From an uncultured Oligoflexales bacterium (lineage in GTDB: Bacteria > Bdellovibrionota_B > Oligoflexia > Oligoflexales > Oligoflexaceae), in assembly GCA_964582405.1 (NCBI GenBank), contig CAZOSN010000005.1:2382-66381 (forward strand): a stretch of 64,000 bases of DNA, given 5' to 3'. The translations under genes and the position numbers were made by a program. This document shows positions 7,923-17,201 of the stretch, piece after piece. The notes under the pieces are model-generated. The model was not told the DNA's origin. It searched no databases and worked only from the letters and a program-made list of their open reading frames with translations. Position 1 is the stretch's first letter. Each line of letters starts with the position of its first letter.

Positions 7923-10613
7923 ATGCAATCTAACAAACCTGACCAAAGCCAAGCCGATAATAGCATCGAACGCAGCCTAATTTATTTATCGAGCGGCGTG
8001 GTGTTCATCCTAGCCGTATTCATCGCCATGTTTTTGTGGGTTGAGAAGACCATAGTCACTAGCACCGACCTCAACGGTCAGATTATCACCCCGATCCGCT
8101 CCCAAGTGAAAGCCTACCGCGAGAGCATCAACGACCTCTATGCCCGCCAAGCGAAGGTTGCCTCGGCGCAGTCGTCGAAAGAACTTGAAGGTTTGGCTGA
8201 CAGGAGCCACTTGGAGTCCAGTCTCATTCAGGCAGAAACTTCTCTCCAGCAGATTTTTGCTGGTAAGGTTCATGATGCCAGCGCGATAGGAGTAGACTCC
8301 AAAAATTTACAAAACCTTGCCGAGGCAAAAGCAGCGTTCCTGGCCGAAGATCAAAAATTCTTCGAAGCAACCCTCGATAATCGCAAGAACCAGGAGCGAC
8401 TCTCGACCGCCATCATTGCGATCGAGTCCGACCTGAAAGATTTTTTGCAAAGCACACAGGGGATCTCGGGTAAAATCCGTTTTGCACAAGGCAGTTCGCT
8501 GCGCGAGATAAAACGCCTCGTCGCTGCCACTGGTTTTTCAAAAGAGGCCACGCAGAAAATTCAAGACAACCTGCTAGCTAGCTCTGGCTTGAAAACCGGC
8601 ATCGTGATTGACATCCTTGCCGCAGCTTCGGAACTCAATCGCTTGTCAGGGAAAATTGGCCTTGTTCGGACAGAAGATCAGCTCAATTCTTTGATCCTCA
8701 ATGAGTTGGTGCAAACCAAAGAGAAGCTTGCGGTAAACCTCGATGAACTTTATTTTGAGACCAAAGGCAACCCTGAGATCCAAAAGCTTGTGGAGTCCAT
8801 GAACGAATCCTTAAAAAAGCTCTCCACAAAAATACTCGATGCCGAAAACAAGGACAGCCTGATCTCGATGAAGCGCGCGGTATTTGCCAACCTCAAAGCC
8901 GCGGAAATAGCCCAGAGGAAACTCGGTGAATCGGCAATTCCCTTGAACGAACAGATTACCAAGCTTGTGGGACTCAGCGATCAGGCAGACAAGAAGTTTA
9001 ATTCTCAGCTCACCGATGTCGGAAATAACACATTCCGAATTCTAATGATTCTATCGCTTGGAGCTGGCGTGGCTTTGACGCTCGGCGGCCTAGTAGTGCG
9101 CCGCAACCTTGGCAAACTCAAGCAGCAAAACCTCCACCTGATCAAACTAAAAGAAGATCTCGTAGCCATAAATGCCAACCTTGAAAAAATCGTGGAGGAG
9201 CGCACCCGCGCTATCCGCACTATCCTCGATCATGTGAGCTTTGGGCTCATGATCTGCGATCATAGTTTTGTGATTCAAGACGGCTATTCGCAATCTTGTC
9301 ACAAACTTTTGAGCCACTCTGATTCTTTAACGGGCAAGAAGCTCACCGAACTTTTACGCCTCAGCCCGCGCCAGGCAGAGAACAATCGCCTTATCTATGA
9401 ACAAGTCTTTGACGATACCTTTGGCCTTGGCGAGATTGCCCTTGATCAACTGCCTTCCCGCTATAATGTCGATGGCGTGACCCTGGGGCTTGTAGGCAGC
9501 GTGATCAAAAATGCCCAAGACAAACCAGTCGGCGTTCTTTTTTGTTTGTCGGATATCTCAAACCTAGCTGAAGCCGAAGAAGAAATCGAACGAAACAGAA
9601 GCCTGATCCGCATGGTTGCTAACCGTGACAGTTTTCGGCAATTCGTGGGCGAGACCCATTCGGGCTTTAGTATGATCAAGAATCTGTTGGCTGACAAAAC
9701 GCCAAATGACGGCATTGTCCGCCGCGAATTGCACACGTTAAAAGGCAATTCGTCGTCCTATGGGCTTGTCAAAATCGCCGAAGCCATTCACATGCTCGAA
9801 GACGAAGCCCGGATCGAAGCGCGTCGGGTTTCCCAAATCGAGGAATCCTTCAAGGAATTTCTCAATCAAAACAAGGCCCTACTGGGCGTGACCTATGGCA
9901 GTGCAAGTGAAGATTCCTTTGTGGTACCTACCAAAATCATTAAACAGATTGAAGATTCCATCCCCAAGATGCGTGGCGAAAACGATCTACGCGCCCTAAT
10001 CAACGATTTTTTAAGCCTCATTCGCCTTAAGCAGGCGTCAACCCTCATTGGTCCAATCCATGACAGCTTCGATGCAATGGCGCAAAGGCTTGGCAAGATG
10101 GCGATCTTGAAATTTTACGGCGGCGACACATTGATTCCACCGCACCGCTCTGCCGTATTAAAGAATCTGATCCATCTACTGCGCAATGCTCTTGATCATG
10201 GCATCGAGCCACCAAACTTGCGCGGTGACAAAGATGAAACGGGCAAAGTAATTCTGACAATCAGCCGCAAAGACGGCAAATCTATTGAGATAAAACTCGA
10301 AGACGATGGCCGGGGCATCGATCAGAAAACCGTGTTGGCAAAGGCTATTGAACGCGGCGTTATTAAGGCAGACGAAGCGAAAAAGCTCAGCCCCCACCAA
10401 ATCAACGAACTTATCTTTATGGAGGGAGTTTCCACGGCCGAACAAATCTCTGATATCTCCGGCCGCGGCGTCGGCATGGGTGCGGTCCGCGAGGCCGTCC
10501 TCGAAGCCGGCGGGACAATAGAGGTACAAAGTTCGATGGGTCAAGGGACTACCATAATCCTAACGATCCCGAGTGAACCACCAACTTTCAAAGGTGTTCC
10601 GAGAGCCGCATAA
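7923..10613 (+). CDS. transmembrane sensor kinase with HPt domain and CheA-type HATPase domain (no CheW-like or receiver domain)
   Basis: ATG at 7923 is preceded by GGAGA. The track start at 7869 would overlap the upstream gene. Two TM helices (LSSGVVFILAVFIAMFLWV and FRILMILSLGAGVALTLGGLVV) flank a helical region of about 340 aa. HPt signature HTLKGNSSSYGL. ATPase boxes are LIHLLRNALDHGIE, DDGRGID and GRGVGMGAV. Confidence 0.8.
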   Translation: MQSNKPDQSQADNSIERSLIYLSSGVVFILAVFIAMFLWVEKTIVTSTDLNGQIITPIRSQVKAYRESINDLYARQAKVASAQSSKELEGLADRSHLESSLIQAETSLQQIFAGKVHDASAIGVDSKNLQNLAEAKAAFLAEDQKFFEATLDNRKNQERLSTAIIAIESDLKDFLQSTQGISGKIRFAQGSSLREIKRLVAATGFSKEATQKIQDNLLASSGLKTGIVIDILAAASELNRLSGKIGLVRTEDQLNSLILNELVQTKEKLAVNLDELYFETKGNPEIQKLVESMNESLKKLSTKILDAENKDSLISMKRAVFANLKAAEIAQRKLGESAIPLNEQITKLVGLSDQADKKFNSQLTDVGNNTFRILMILSLGAGVALTLGGLVVRRNLGKLKQQNLHLIKLKEDLVAINANLEKIVEERTRAIRTILDHVSFGLMICDHSFVIQDGYSQSCHKLLSHSDSLTGKKLTELLRLSPRQAENNRLIYEQVFDDTFGLGEIALDQLPSRYNVDGVTLGLVGSVIKNAQDKPVGVLFCLSDISNLAEAEEEIERNRSLIRMVANRDSFRQFVGETHSGFSMIKNLLADKTPNDGIVRRELHTLKGNSSSYGLVKIAEAIHMLEDEARIEARRVSQIEESFKEFLNQNKALLGVTYGSASEDSFVVPTKIIKQIEDSIPKMRGENDLRALINDFLSLIRLKQASTLIGPIHDSFDAMAQRLGKMAILKFYGGDTLIPPHRSAVLKNLIHLLRNALDHGIEPPNLRGDKDETGKVILTISRKDGKSIEIKLEDDGRGIDQKTVLAKAIERGVIKADEAKKLSPHQINELIFMEGVSTAEQISDISGRGVGMGAVREAVLEAGGTIEVQSSMGQGTTIILTIPSEPPTFKGVPRAA

Positions 10614-10615
10614 TG

Positions 10616-10803
10616 CTAGTACCTCATCCAATAAGTTTTTCCCGATGAATGGCCGCCTTGCAGGCCCCATTGTGCTTGAAGAAGCGCTTCCCAATCCTCG
10701 CCGTAGCGCTGCTACGACTGTGGTTGGAAAACGTTTCTTCAAACCCAAGCTGGACCTACAATTCAGTCATTCATCGGGAAAAACTTATTGGACGAGGTAC
10801 TAG
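10616..10803. mobile_element. 188-bp near-perfect palindromic element (MITE-like or large REP-like)
   Basis: 36-bp terminal inverted repeats with one mismatch: CTAGTACCTCATCCAATAAGTTTTTCCCGATGAATG (10616..10651) and CATTCATCGGGAAAAACTTATTGGACGAGGTACTAG (10768..10803). Imperfect inverted symmetry continues inward to a central CGTAGC-GCT-GCTACG at 10702..10716, which is exactly the element midpoint. A partial second copy lies at 44072..44133. Confidence 0.6.
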
Positions 10804-10887
10804 TGGGTCAGTTCCGAGTGGTAAAGCGCCAAAGCTAGCCAAATATTGATCCATTTTTAAGAATGGGTTATAGAAGTTAACAAAGGT

Positions 10888-11667
10888 ATGGAAAAACCTA
10901 CCCTGGTCATAGGATCGTTACTAAATGACGCCCTGGACTTGGTTCGATGGCGGAGCGGTTTTTGGGTTTCATGGAGTTCGGTATTGTCGCAGTTAGCCTA
11001 TACGATTTTTCAAGATGTTTTTTTTCCGCCGGTAAATGCCAACCTTGGCTTAGCCCCCTCAACCCTTAGCCTCGAGACCGTCCGCCGCTATCAAGTGGCT
11101 GGTGCGCAAAACCTGGCCGAGATTCCGTTGGTGATTTTCGACTTTGAGACGACGGGCCTTGATTCAGAAATCGATCATATTATCGAAGTTGGTGCTATAA
11201 AAACCCGCGGTGGCATCATAGAAGCGGAATTTTCTACCCTGATCCAGCCGCCGATACCGATCACCGAAGCTATTACTAAAATAACCGGTATCACACCCGA
11301 GATGCTCGAAGGTCAACCGACCATGGAGGACATTTTGGGTGATTTTCTAGGATTTTTTGACAAAGCTATTCTAGTCGCGCACAATGCGGTGTTTGATGCG
11401 GCGTTTTTGAACTCAGCCTGCCGCAGACGTAATATAATGATCGATTGGCCCATTTTCTGTACGCTCAAACTGGCACGGCATTTTTTGCCAGATCTGGAAT
11501 CGCGATCCTTAGATACGCTTGCAGAACACTATGGATTCAGATTTGAAGCGCGCCACCGCTCGATCGGTGACTGCAAGGTCACAAGCTCGGTTTTGCAAAG
11601 TCTGCTCGCATCAGAAGCTAGCGGCCTAACGACCTGGGCCGATATGCAACCTTTTATCGTTAAGTAA
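10888..11667 (+). CDS. DnaQ-like 3'-5' exonuclease (DEDDh family, DNA polymerase III epsilon-like) with an N-terminal extension of about 85 aa
   Basis: Exo [11 protein letters not shown], Exo [14 protein letters not shown], Exo III HRSIGDC. Confidence 0.8.
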   Translation: MEKPTLVIGSLLNDALDLVRWRSGFWVSWSSVLSQLAYTIFQDVFFPPVNANLGLAPSTLSLETVRRYQVAGAQNLAEIPLVIFDFETTGLDSEIDHIIEVGAIKTRGGIIEAEFSTLIQPPIPITEAITKITGITPEMLEGQPTMEDILGDFLGFFDKAILVAHNAVFDAAFLNSACRRRNIMIDWPIFCTLKLARHFLPDLESRSLDTLAEHYGFRFEARHRSIGDCKVTSSVLQSLLASEASGLTTWADMQPFIVK

Positions 11668-11680
11668 GCCAAAGGACGAC

Positions 11681-13285
11681 ATGAAGCTAGAATCACAGAT
11701 CGATACCCGCTCAGAGTCCTTCCGCGAGAATTCGGCTTTTCACGCAGCGGCGAGTGCCGAGCTGGAGAGGCGTGAGGCAAGTGCAGCCTTGGGAGGCGGC
11801 GAGATCGCCTTGGAAAAATTGGCCACAGCTGGCAAGTGGTCGGCACGGCGAAGGATTGAGCATCTGATTGATCCTGGTAGTTTTTTTTTGGAAATCGGAA
11901 AACTCGCGGGCTACGGTCTCTATGAAGATGATGTGCCAGGAGCTGGGATAGTCGGGGGTATCGGGTCGGTTCACGGCAGGCCAGTGATGATCGTGGCTAA
12001 TGATCCCACAGTAAAGGGTGGGACCTACTACCCGATTACGGTCAAAAAACACTTGCGCTGTCAGGAAATTGCCCAGGAGAACCACTTGCCGTGCATCTAC
12101 CTCGTGGATTCCGGCGGCGCGTTCCTACCGATGCAGGACGAAGTTTTTCCAGATCGCGACGACTTTGGACGGATTTTCTTCAATCAGGCTCGCATGAGCG
12201 CCATGGGCATTCAGCAGATTGCCTCGGTGCACGGGTTTTGTACGGCTGGCGGGGCTTATATTCCCGCGATGAGCGATCAAAGCGTGATTGTCAAAGGTAC
12301 CGGATCAATTTTTCTTGCCGGCCCTCCTCTTGTCAAAGCCGCGACAGGGGAAGAGGTAACCGTCGAAGAACTCGGCGGTGCCCATGTTCATACATCGATC
12401 TCGGGAGTTGCTGATCATTTCGCCGAAAATGATGAGCACGCGATCAAAATCGTGCGTGAGATCGTTCATCACCTGGGGCGTCCCAAGCACCCGAGCCTTG
12501 CTTTTCAAGAACCCGAGCCGCCTGGCTATGACCCAACGGAGCTTTTGGGTGTCGTGCCGCGCGATCCAACGAAGGGCTACGATGTGCGTGAGGTAATCGC
12601 GCGACTTGTCGATGGCTCCCGGCTGTTCGAATTTAAGAAAAATTACGGAAAAACATTGGTGACGGGGTTTGCGCATTTTGAAGGGATACCCATTGGGATC
12701 GTTGCAAACAATGGCATACTTTTTTCCGAAAGCGCGCTCAAGGGCACACATTTCATCTCGCTTTGCTGCCAGGAAAATATTCCGATTTTGTTTTTGCAGA
12801 ATATCACGGGATTTATGGTCGGCAAAAAATACGAACACCAGGGCATCGCCAAGGACGGTGCCAAACTCGTTCATATGGTTGCTAATGCTACGGTGCCCAA
12901 AGTTACCCTGGTCATCGGTGGCAGCTATGGGGCTGGTAACTATGGCATGTGCGGACGGGCCTATGATCCACGCTTTCTTTTTATGTGGCCTGAGGCGCGG
13001 ATTTCGGTCATGGGCGGCGAGCAGGCGGCCAATGTTCTGGCTACGGTGAAGGCGGCTCAGTTAAGCCGTCAAGGCAAGGTTTTAAGCGAATCCGAGATGA
13101 ATGAGATCAAGGCACCAATACTTGCTAAATATGCTCGCGAAGGTTCGGCCTACTATTCAGCTGCGAGACTTTGGGATGATGGAATCATTACGCCGCCTAA
13201 CACGCGCAAGGTCCTTGCGTCGGCGATAGCGGCAACGATTTATAGCGATTGGCAAAAGACGACAACCGGAATATTCCGCATGTGA
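11681..13285 (+). CDS. acyl-CoA carboxylase carboxyltransferase (beta) subunit, methylcrotonyl-CoA or geranyl-CoA carboxylase type
   Basis: 534 aa. Long matches to the LiuB/AtuC-type proteins I recall: [59 protein letters not shown] and [20 protein letters not shown]. Confidence 0.9.
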   Translation: MKLESQIDTRSESFRENSAFHAAASAELERREASAALGGGEIALEKLATAGKWSARRRIEHLIDPGSFFLEIGKLAGYGLYEDDVPGAGIVGGIGSVHGRPVMIVANDPTVKGGTYYPITVKKHLRCQEIAQENHLPCIYLVDSGGAFLPMQDEVFPDRDDFGRIFFNQARMSAMGIQQIASVHGFCTAGGAYIPAMSDQSVIVKGTGSIFLAGPPLVKAATGEEVTVEELGGAHVHTSISGVADHFAENDEHAIKIVREIVHHLGRPKHPSLAFQEPEPPGYDPTELLGVVPRDPTKGYDVREVIARLVDGSRLFEFKKNYGKTLVTGFAHFEGIPIGIVANNGILFSESALKGTHFISLCCQENIPILFLQNITGFMVGKKYEHQGIAKDGAKLVHMVANATVPKVTLVIGGSYGAGNYGMCGRAYDPRFLFMWPEARISVMGGEQAANVLATVKAAQLSRQGKVLSESEMNEIKAPILAKYAREGSAYYSAARLWDDGIITPPNTRKVLASAIAATIYSDWQKTTTGIFRM

Positions 13286-13304
13286 TCACGAGAGGAGACT
13301 AAAA

Positions 13305-15122
13305 GTGGCAAAATCAACGATTCGCATCGGGAATGCAGGGGGCTACTGGGGCGATGATCCCCAAGCATTGGAAAGACAGGTCCAAGGGGGCCCCCTCGAT
13401 TATATCTCGATGGATTTTCTCGCCGAAATCACCATGTCGATCATGCAGAAGCAGCGGCAAGTTGATCCCAATCTGGGTTTTGCGCGCGATTTCATTCCCA
13501 TGCTGGCCAAGGTATTTAAAACTGTTATCGCCCAAAAGACCAAAATCGTCACCAACGCCGGCGGGATCAATCCCGAAGCTTGCGCGCGTGCGATTCACAA
13601 GCTTGGCGTCTCCCTCGGACTCGACCCGAAGGTGGGGCTTGTTATTGGTGACGATATCATGGCTCAGCTTGGCGACTTGCGTGCGCAGGGAGCACACTTT
13701 ACCAACATGGAGACCGGCGAATCGTTTGATACGGTTGCAGATCGCATCGAGGCCGCCAATATTTATTTTGGTGCCGCGCCGGTTGCTGAAATTCTCCGCC
13801 AAAATCCCGATATCGTGATCACGGGGCGCGTCACCGACACTGGCATCACCCTGGCCCCTATGATTCATGAATTTGGTTGGCGGTTAAACGATTGGGACAA
13901 ACTCGCGGCGGGGATCGTGGCTGGCCATATTCTCGAGTGCGGAACACAGGCCACGGGCGGCAATTTCACCGATTGGCACAAGGTCAAATCCTTTAAGAAT
14001 ATGGGATTTCCGATCGTCGAAGTCAACGAGGATGCAACCTTCGTCGTGACAAAACATCCCGGCACAGGCGGCCTTGTGAGTGTCGATACGGTGCGCGAGC
14101 AGCTGTTCTATGAAATGGGCAACCCACAATGCTATCTAACGCCGGATGTCGTCGCGGATTTTTCCTCGATCCGTTTGCGACAGGACGGCAAAGACCGCGT
14201 TCATGTCTCGGGGATAAAAGGCTACGAACCTACGCCCCTGTATAAAGTGTCGATGGCCTATAGCGATGGATTCAAAAGCGTCGGATCGATCGTCATCTCG
14301 GGTCCTCATGCGCGCGAAAAAGCAGAGGCTTTTAGAGACATATTCTGGGAGAGGTGCGGTGCGCTTTTCACCGAAAAAGAGTCGGAGTTTTTTGGTTGGA
14401 ATGCCTGCCATCGGTCGTTGGTCGGTAAAGAAGACGGCAACGAGATTATTTTGCGTCTTGGCGTACGAAGCTCGGATAAAGATGCGCTGACCACGTTTGC
14501 CAAAACTCTGCCCGCCTTGATTCTTGCAGGTCCTCCCGGTGTCACCGCCACGGGCGGCGTCCCCAAACCTCAGAGTATCGTGAGCTATTGGCCTGCCCTG
14601 ATGCCTAAAGAGCTGGTCAAACCTAAAATTGCCATGATGAGTCAGGGGGCGCTCGGAGAAATCAAGGTGGTCGAATCGACTCCGGTGGGGCGGTTTGAGC
14701 CCAAGAACCTCACGAGCGAAGTCGCAAGCACTCCATCAATGCCGGTTCGGGAGGCGATGGCTGCGGGTGGCAAATTTCAGCTCAAACCCCTTGGCTTAAT
14801 AGCCTTGGGGCGCAGCGGTGATAAGGGAGATACCTCGAATATTGGAATCATGGCGCGTTCAGAGCGCGCCTATCGATTTTTGGGAGAATATCTTACTGCC
14901 CAGCGTGTGAAGGATTTGTTCCAAGAGCTATGCCATGGCAAGGTAACGCGCTATGCGTTGGAAAATCTCCAGGGCTATAATTTCCTTCTCGATGAAGCCT
15001 TGGGTGGAGGTGGAACGAAAACGCTTCGGGTTGATGCCCAGGGCAAGACTTTTGCGCAAGCACTTTTAGGCCACCATGCCCCGATCCCGGATGACATTAT
15101 CGAAGAAATCGGACCAGTCTAA
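13305..15122 (+). CDS. AtuA-family protein (DUF1446, acyclic terpene utilisation family)
   Basis: GTG start with AGGAG upstream. N-terminal IRIGNAGGYWGDD, the overall length of about 600 aa and the position between carboxylase subunits match my recollection of AtuA-like proteins. Confidence 0.7.
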   Translation: MAKSTIRIGNAGGYWGDDPQALERQVQGGPLDYISMDFLAEITMSIMQKQRQVDPNLGFARDFIPMLAKVFKTVIAQKTKIVTNAGGINPEACARAIHKLGVSLGLDPKVGLVIGDDIMAQLGDLRAQGAHFTNMETGESFDTVADRIEAANIYFGAAPVAEILRQNPDIVITGRVTDTGITLAPMIHEFGWRLNDWDKLAAGIVAGHILECGTQATGGNFTDWHKVKSFKNMGFPIVEVNEDATFVVTKHPGTGGLVSVDTVREQLFYEMGNPQCYLTPDVVADFSSIRLRQDGKDRVHVSGIKGYEPTPLYKVSMAYSDGFKSVGSIVISGPHAREKAEAFRDIFWERCGALFTEKESEFFGWNACHRSLVGKEDGNEIILRLGVRSSDKDALTTFAKTLPALILAGPPGVTATGGVPKPQSIVSYWPALMPKELVKPKIAMMSQGALGEIKVVESTPVGRFEPKNLTSEVASTPSMPVREAMAAGGKFQLKPLGLIALGRSGDKGDTSNIGIMARSERAYRFLGEYLTAQRVKDLFQELCHGKVTRYALENLQGYNFLLDEALGGGGTKTLRVDAQGKTFAQALLGHHAPIPDDIIEEIGPV

Positions 15123-15124
15123 TC

Positions 15125-17080
15125 ATGCATGAAAGAAGCTCTATGCCGTCTGCCAGGATTACGAAACTATTCATCGCAAACCGAGGCGAGATCGCGCGAC
15201 GCATCGGTCAGACTTGCAGAAAATTGGGAATCAAAGCCGTGGCTGTGAAACACAGCCCAGAAATTCCTGGCTACCTTAGACCTTGGATTGACGAATTTGT
15301 TGACCTGCCTGACCTCGGTGTTAGAACCTATTTGGACAGCGGTTTGATGATCAAGGCGGCAAAACTCGCGGGTGCTGACGGGTTGCATCCGGGTTTTGGA
15401 TTCTTGTCTGAGAACGCGGGGTTTGCGCGGAACGTGATCGATGCGGGGCTTGTATGGGTTGGCCCGACGCCTGAGAGCATCGAAGTCATGGCTGGCAAGG
15501 ATGATGCCCGAGCCTTGGCTATGGCGCATGAGGTGCCTTGTGTACCAGGACTCGCGGACATTGGTACCGAAAATCTCAAAGAGAGTGTCAGACAGGTCGC
15601 TGATTTTGGCAAACAAGTTGGCTATCCGCTTCTCATCAAAGCGGCTTTGGGCGGCGGCGGCAAAGGTATGCGTGTCGTTCATGGAGCGCACGAAATCGAG
15701 GACAACCTTGCGCGTGCCGCTTCCGAGGCTTTGAACTCTTTTGCTAGCGGCAAACTTATTGTCGAAAAATACCTCGAGCATCCGCGGCACGTTGAAATTC
15801 AGGTTTTTGCGGATACTCACGGCAATACCGTAACCCTTATGGAACGAGATTGTTCGGTCCAGCGACGCCATCAGAAAATCATCGAAGAGGCGCCATCCGT
15901 AGGCCTGCATCCCGAGACACGGGCGGGTTTGCATGAGGCTGCGTTGCGTGTTGCAAGGGCCGCGCGCTATACCAATGCTGGGACGGTTGAGTTTTTGGTT
16001 GATTGGTCTAAGCCTCATGGGGTTCAGCCGTATTATTTTTTGGAGATGAACACGCGACTTCAGGTCGAGCATCCCGTTACCGAGGAAATTTTGGGGCTTG
16101 ATCTGGTCGAGTGGCAGCTTAGGGTTGCTCAGGGGGAGCCGTTACCTCCAAAATTTGCCAGGCTCGAGTCAAGAGGCCATAGCATTGAGGCGAGGCTTTA
16201 CGCCGAAGATCCACTGAACAAGTTCCTGCCAGCACCCGGGCGTGTCGAAGCCTTTGTTCCTTTTGAAGCACCTCATATCCGCTGGGAAATCGGCCTGGAC
16301 CCCATCGACGAGATCTCCGCGCATTACGATCCCATGATAGCCAAGGTTATTGCCACGGGAGAATCTCGGGCTGAAGCGCTTTATCACCTACGCGAGGCGC
16401 TCTCGAAATCTCTGATCCTTGGACCAACAAACAACCAGAGCTATCTGCTTGCTATTTTGTCTCATCCAGAATTTTCTGGGGCAATCCCTACAACTAGGTT
16501 TATCACTGACTATCAAGCCTCGCTTGAGGCATGGCTTGCCGAACAAAAATCGCGACTGGAACCCGCGCTTTCTTCTCTTGCTCCAAAGGTCTACCACGAG
16601 CTTAACAAGCCTGAACCCAGTGAGGCATCGGCGTACTTTTCCCGAATCTTTGCACAGTCAGAGTCAGTCAAGCTTAGGACTCTTGGGTCTTACACCGCAA
16701 CCAGTGGTTCTTTGGCCTCGGTTCATGGTGATGTGAGCAATGTCCTTTGGTGCTGGCATCGCAACGCGAACGAATACAAACTCTACCTCCAGCAGGAAGG
16801 TGCACGCTATTGCGTGAAAGTGGACCGGCATGAAGGTTATCTTGGCGCACAGAGTGGTGCAACCGGGCACGAGGTGAAAGCTCCTGTGCCAGGTAAGATT
16901 ATTAGAGTTATGGCGGAAGGTGGAGGTAAATTCGAGCAAAATCAGACCCTTATAGTTCTTGAATCGATGAAGATGGAATTCGAAGTGAAAGCCGGGAAAG
17001 TTGGTATAATAGAGGAGATATGCGTCCGTGTGGGCGATCAGGTTTCGGCTGATCAAATCCTCGCCGTCTGGCGTAAATAA
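15125..17080 (+). CDS. acyl-CoA carboxylase biotin carboxylase/BCCP (alpha) subunit
   Basis: ATP-grasp biotin carboxylase segments KLFIANRGEIARRI, GYPLLIKAALGGGGKGMRVV and EMNTRLQVEHPVTE. C-terminal biotinyl motif VLESMKMEFEV. An alternative start is at 15143. Confidence 0.9.
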   Translation: MHERSSMPSARITKLFIANRGEIARRIGQTCRKLGIKAVAVKHSPEIPGYLRPWIDEFVDLPDLGVRTYLDSGLMIKAAKLAGADGLHPGFGFLSENAGFARNVIDAGLVWVGPTPESIEVMAGKDDARALAMAHEVPCVPGLADIGTENLKESVRQVADFGKQVGYPLLIKAALGGGGKGMRVVHGAHEIEDNLARAASEALNSFASGKLIVEKYLEHPRHVEIQVFADTHGNTVTLMERDCSVQRRHQKIIEEAPSVGLHPETRAGLHEAALRVARAARYTNAGTVEFLVDWSKPHGVQPYYFLEMNTRLQVEHPVTEEILGLDLVEWQLRVAQGEPLPPKFARLESRGHSIEARLYAEDPLNKFLPAPGRVEAFVPFEAPHIRWEIGLDPIDEISAHYDPMIAKVIATGESRAEALYHLREALSKSLILGPTNNQSYLLAILSHPEFSGAIPTTRFITDYQASLEAWLAEQKSRLEPALSSLAPKVYHELNKPEPSEASAYFSRIFAQSESVKLRTLGSYTATSGSLASVHGDVSNVLWCWHRNANEYKLYLQQEGARYCVKVDRHEGYLGAQSGATGHEVKAPVPGKIIRVMAEGGGKFEQNQTLIVLESMKMEFEVKAGKVGIIEEICVRVGDQVSADQILAVWRK

Positions 17081-17097
17081 TAGTCGGCCCTAACTCT

Positions 17098-17153
17098 TTG
17101 TCGCGTTGTCGCGTTGTCGCGTTGTCGCGTTGTCGCGTTGTCGCGTTGTCGCG
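17098..17153. repeat. perfect tandem repeat, 8-bp unit TTGTCGCG x7
   Basis: Read directly. Begins 18 nt after the carboxylase alpha stop and ends 48 nt before the ATG at 17202. Followed by the direct 10-mers GGAAAATTAC (17153..17162) and GGAGAATTAC (17168..17177). Confidence 0.95.
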
Positions 17154-17201
17154 GAAAATTACCTCGCGGAGAATTACTGGTTTGCCATCAGGAGTGCGGC
17201 C

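Noticed and set aside
10573-10849. 76-aa and 66-aa ORFs spanning the palindromic element
   Set aside because: They arise from the inverted-repeat DNA. The same pseudo-peptide (HREKLIGRG) recurs at the second element copy near 44090, which is the behaviour of repeat DNA and not of genes.
15167-16072. 301-aa ORF on the minus strand inside the carboxylase alpha-subunit gene
   Set aside because: It is fully antisense to a strongly supported, motif-rich CDS, and it has an Arg/Ser/Pro-rich shadow-frame composition with no motifs. The same reasoning applies to the ORFs at 12305..12874, 13314..13868, 11711..12085 and 16664..17056.
17098-17153. Whether any tandem array here is a CRISPR
   Set aside because: The units are 8-13 bp and directly abutting, with no spacers. 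No cas genes are present in the window.
17106-17201. N-terminal extension of the 17202 gene that would translate the octamer array as SRCRVVALSRCRVVA
   Set aside because: An ATG with a good AGGAG RBS is at 17202. The extension is simply the tandem repeat read in frame.
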